Source: Candidatus Fervidifonticultor sextus
GTDB taxonomy: Bacteria > Sysuimicrobiota > Sysuimicrobiia > Sysuimicrobiales > Humicultoraceae
Assembly (NCBI GenBank): GCA_031459875.1
Contig: JAVKHQ010000006.1
Coordinates: 1-64,000, forward strand
DNA: 64,000 bases
Reading direction: 5' to 3'
The position numbers and the translations under genes are program-made. Below, one piece after another: positions 60,583 through 64,000 of this stretch. A model generated the notes under the pieces. That model had not been told where the DNA came from, did not search any database, and worked only from the letters and a program-made list of their open reading frames with translations. Numbering within the stretch: position 1 is the first letter of the stretch; the number at the start of each line of letters is the position of its first letter.

Positions 60583-61677
60583 GTGGGCCGCTCCGCCATA
60601 GCGATTCTCGGCGCGGGCAATACCGGGCAGGGCTTGGCCGGCATCCTGGCAAGCCGGGGGGAGGAAGTGCGGCTCTACAACCGATCGGAGCGTGCGCTCG
60701 CACCCATTCGGGAGGCGGGTGGCATCCTCCTCCGACATGCTGTTGAAGGGTTCGGCAGGCCGCAGGTCGTGACCACAGAGATGGAGATGGCCGTGGTCGG
60801 TGCCGACCTCGTCATGGTCACGGTACCCGCGTATGGCCACCGGGTGATCTCCCAGATGCTGGCTCGGCACATCCGGCCTGGGCAGATCGTGGTGTTCCAC
60901 CCAGGCAGCCTGGGAAGCGCTCTGGAGTTGGCCAACATGGTCGCTGAGCGCGGATCTGATGGCATCGTCGTCGCAGAGACCGAGACCTGCCTGTACACTT
61001 CTCGCATCGCAGGTCCCGCCCGCGTGGACATTCGAACGAGAAAGAAGAGCGTTGCTCTGGCTGCGTTGCCGGCCACCGAGACAGGCCACGTCGTGGCGGC
61101 ATTGAGGGAGCCCTTCGGCGATGGCTATGTGCCGGCGGAGAGTCTCTTGCAGATCGGCTTGGGGAACGTGAACCCTGTTTATCATTGCGCCCCGGTTCTC
61201 TGCAACGTCGGGCCGATCGAACGCGGCGAGGACCGGCCGTTCTTCCAGTTCGTGACCGAGAGCATTGCCCGGCTGGTGGACCTGGTCGACCGTGAGAGGT
61301 TGGCGCTGGCAGGCGCCCTCGGGGTGAGGGCGACGAGCTTCTGGACATTCCTGGAGACAGCCTACGGCGTATCAGGCGGCACACTCTCTCAACGGATTCA
61401 CGCCGCTTACGGGCGCGGACAACCCACGGCAGCCCCGAAAACCCTGGAGGCCCGATACCTGACCGAGGATGTCCCCTTCGGCTTGGTGCCGTGGTCCTCC
61501 CTGGCCAGGCAACTGTCGGTCCCGACTCCGACCATCGACGCCATGATTCAGATGGCTTCGGCCCTATGCGGCCGGGAGTTCCGGCAGGAGGGGCGCACGG
61601 CAGAGACGCTCGGCCTGGGTGGCCTTGATGCGGGACAGATCAGGGCGCGGTTCACAGATAGGGCCCGTAGTGAGTGA
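60583..61677 (+). CDS. NAD/NADP octopine/nopaline (opine) dehydrogenase family protein
   Basis: ILGAGNTG, NVNPVYH, DRER, RYLTEDVPFGLVP. Confidence 0.9.
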   Translation: MGRSAIAILGAGNTGQGLAGILASRGEEVRLYNRSERALAPIREAGGILLRHAVEGFGRPQVVTTEMEMAVVGADLVMVTVPAYGHRVISQMLARHIRPGQIVVFHPGSLGSALELANMVAERGSDGIVVAETETCLYTSRIAGPARVDIRTRKKSVALAALPATETGHVVAALREPFGDGYVPAESLLQIGLGNVNPVYHCAPVLCNVGPIERGEDRPFFQFVTESIARLVDLVDRERLALAGALGVRATSFWTFLETAYGVSGGTLSQRIHAAYGRGQPTAAPKTLEARYLTEDVPFGLVPWSSLARQLSVPTPTIDAMIQMASALCGREFRQEGRTAETLGLGGLDAGQIRARFTDRARSE

Positions 61678-61694
61678 AGGAGGGTGTGGCGGAG

Positions 61695-63101
61695 ATGTCG
61701 GCTCGTGATCTGACGAAGAGGGTTTCCGAGTTTGTTGTCAACCTGAGCAGCGATGCCCTGCCTGAGCGGATCATACACAAGTCCCGGGCATGCCTGCTGG
61801 ATTACCTCGGCTATGCCTGGTACGGATCCGTGGCGCGCCCGATCCACATCCTGTTTGAGACGTTGGCCGACTCGGGTGACTGCACGGTTATCGGTCGAGA
61901 CCGGACGACAAGTCCCCTGATCGCCGCCTTCGTCAATGGCGCCATGGGTCATGTGGCCGAACTGGACGACACTCACCGGGGAAGCATGGCACACATCGGT
62001 GACAGCGTCATTCCGGCGGCAATGGCGGCGGCGGAAGCGACCGGGGGCGATGGAAAGACCTTGCTGCGGGCCGTGGTCGCCGGCTACGACGTGGCCGCGC
62101 GGGCCGGAGAGTCACTCATGCCCTCCCACTATTACCGCGGGTGGCACCCCAGTGCGACCGTGAACACCCTGGGGGCTGCTGTAGCAGCCGGGGTCGTCCT
62201 CGGGCTGTCTGTGCAGCGGATGCAGCATGCTCTGGGCATCGCAGGCACGCAGATCTGCGGGAACTTCGCGCATATTCCCGAGCGCGGCATGGTGAAGGAC
62301 TTCAATCCGGGACGGGCGGCCTTTTCCGGCTTGCTGGCTGCGCTGCTGGCCAACTCGGGGTTCACTGGGGCGACGGACTTCCTGGAGAACCGCCATGGGC
62401 TGGCCATGTACGGCGAGAGTGTGAAGCCCGAGGCCTTCCTGGACGGGCTGGGCGAGAGATTCAAGATTGAAGAGGTCTCCCACAAGATGTATACGGCGTG
62501 CCGCCACATTCACTCGGCCATCGACGCCGCCATCGAGATCGAGGCCACCCTGAGACCACGAGCCGAAGACGTCGACATGGTCGAGATCGAGAGCTGGAGC
62601 CACATCACGTTCTGCGACGATCCAACGCCGTGGCAGGACGCCTGGTACGGCCCCCGCTTCAGCGCGCAGTTCAACGTGGCCGTCGCGCTCCTCCATGGGA
62701 AGGCGGGTATCGACGCGCTTTTTGAACCGCACGCCTCCCTCCGTCTGCTGGAGGATCCCGACGTGAAATCCCTCATCCACAAGACCCGGGTCGTGGTGGA
62801 TCCTACCATGGATGAGAGTTTCCCGGCATTGTGGCCCGGACGGGTGAAGGTCAGGCTCAAGGACGGACGGAGCGCCGTCGTCCGTAAGGACGTGGCCGTA
62901 GGAGAGCCGGAGGTCCCAGTGACGTACATCGACATCGTGGGGAAGTTCCGGCGGTTGTGCGCACTCATCGGTGTACCCGAACAGGCGCAGGCCCAGGTGA
63001 TCGACGCCGTGGCCCGATGGCCGGATATCAGGGTGAGGGAACTCTGCGGGCTGCTGCGGCGGACGCCTGGTCGGGCATCGATGGAGCAGCTTGTCCTTTG
63101 A
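61695..63101 (+). CDS. MmgE/PrpD family protein
   Basis: ELDDTH..AHIG, GYDV, RGWHP, KMYTACRH. Confidence 0.9.
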   Translation: MSARDLTKRVSEFVVNLSSDALPERIIHKSRACLLDYLGYAWYGSVARPIHILFETLADSGDCTVIGRDRTTSPLIAAFVNGAMGHVAELDDTHRGSMAHIGDSVIPAAMAAAEATGGDGKTLLRAVVAGYDVAARAGESLMPSHYYRGWHPSATVNTLGAAVAAGVVLGLSVQRMQHALGIAGTQICGNFAHIPERGMVKDFNPGRAAFSGLLAALLANSGFTGATDFLENRHGLAMYGESVKPEAFLDGLGERFKIEEVSHKMYTACRHIHSAIDAAIEIEATLRPRAEDVDMVEIESWSHITFCDDPTPWQDAWYGPRFSAQFNVAVALLHGKAGIDALFEPHASLRLLEDPDVKSLIHKTRVVVDPTMDESFPALWPGRVKVRLKDGRSAVVRKDVAVGEPEVPVTYIDIVGKFRRLCALIGVPEQAQAQVIDAVARWPDIRVRELCGLLRRTPGRASMEQLVL

Positions 63102-63161
63102 TTTCTGCGGCCGAGGAGCGCGCCGCACCGTCTGGGACAAGAGAAAAGGGAGGTGACAACG

Positions 63162-64000
63162 GTGAGCGGAAGACTCAGGTCTCGGGGTCGGCCGGGCGCG
63201 GTGATCCTCGTCCTCGTGCTCGGCAGTTGGCTGGTGGGGTCTGGGCCGGCTATCGAGGTTGCTCGGGCTCAACCCAGGGTTGGTGGGTCTCTCGTGTGGG
63301 GGTTCGAGGTCGAGCCGCCGCCACTAGATCCCCATCGGTGGGGGGGCACGGACTCTGCGAGCGTGATTGCCAACGTATACAGCACGCTGTTCAAGTGGAC
63401 GTACGGCGAGAAGATCGTCAACGACCTGGTGGATCAGTGGACGATGGTCAGCCCGACCGAGTACCGGGTGCGACTGCGGCGCGGCGTAAGGTTCCACGAC
63501 GGCACCCCGTTGACCAGTGCCGATGTGGAGTATAGCCTGGGCAGGATTCTGGCCCCCGCAACCGGCGCAACCTGGAGGGGTCAGCTCGCGATTATCAGGC
63601 GGGTGGAGGTGGTCGACGATCTCACCTTCAGGCTCCACTTGAGCGCGCCCATCGCGCCCGACTTGCTGCGGGAGCTCCTCTCGATGCCGCACACCGCGAT
63701 CTTGTCGAAGCGCTGGATGGCCCAGCCCAGGAACTTTGCCGTAGAGCACATGGGAAGTGGGCCCTTCAAGTTTGCGGAACGGCGGCACGGCATTTCCATC
63801 TTGCTCGAACGGAATCCTTACTACTACGAAGAGGGCCGACCCTATCTGAATCGAGTGCTTTTCACCATTTACCCCGACGAGGAGCTGCGCACCGCAGCAC
63901 TGAAGACGGGCGTCATCCACGTGAATCACTACCTGCCGTGGAAGGATATCGAAGCGATATCGAAGGATCCGAACATCGCCATCGGCATGACCGATTGGGC
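63162..64000 (+). CDS. ABC substrate-binding protein family 5 (peptide/opine), runs off the window end
   Basis: GTG after GGAGGT; signal peptide; EPPPLDP, LRRGVRFHDG, GSGPFK, RNPYY. Confidence 0.88.
   Translation, partial: MSGRLRSRGRPGAVILVLVLGSWLVGSGPAIEVARAQPRVGGSLVWGFEVEPPPLDPHRWGGTDSASVIANVYSTLFKWTYGEKIVNDLVDQWTMVSPTEYRVRLRRGVRFHDGTPLTSADVEYSLGRILAPATGATWRGQLAIIRRVEVVDDLTFRLHLSAPIAPDLLRELLSMPHTAILSKRWMAQPRNFAVEHMGSGPFKFAERRHGISILLERNPYYYEEGRPYLNRVLFTIYPDEELRTAALKTGVIHVNHYLPWKDIEAISKDPNIAIGMTDW

Overview
High-GC bacterial chromosome segment; the gene set (HspR-type heat-shock operon, SigH-like promoters, Gram-positive-type SOS box, YybS) suggests a Terrabacteria lineage such as Armatimonadota or a relative (inference only). 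1-24.8 kb is an accessory locus with sugar oxidoreductase, epimerase, GT2 and methyltransferase genes, an inverted pair of near-identical beta-propeller genes, a NarL-type two-component pair and a sat/phosphodiesterase/cysC operon. At its centre is a lasso-peptide-like RiPP cluster: an unannotated 42-aa precursor, ABC exporter, RRE/PqqD, an HPr-kinase-like gene frameshifted at a G7 tract, B2 peptidase and a two-domain nucleotidyltransferase. No lasso cyclase is present in the window and the core lacks a ring-forming Asp/Glu; this is the top candidate for an undescribed system. Six intergenic sites across the locus share an AGG(A/T)-N18-G(A/T)A SigH-like motif. 24.9-45.5 kb is core genome (hspR-hsp20-dnaK-grpE-dnaJ-clpB, GGDEF, ychF, rpsF-ssb-rpsR-yybS-rplI, intein-containing dnaB with phased DnaA-like boxes and an SOS box, citrate synthase). 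46-50 kb holds a sigma-28-like/sensorless LytS/LytTR module, an SDR and tRNA-Glu. 50-64 kb is a GntR-led, opine-type catabolic cluster. All calls come from reading motifs by eye; no database searches were run.
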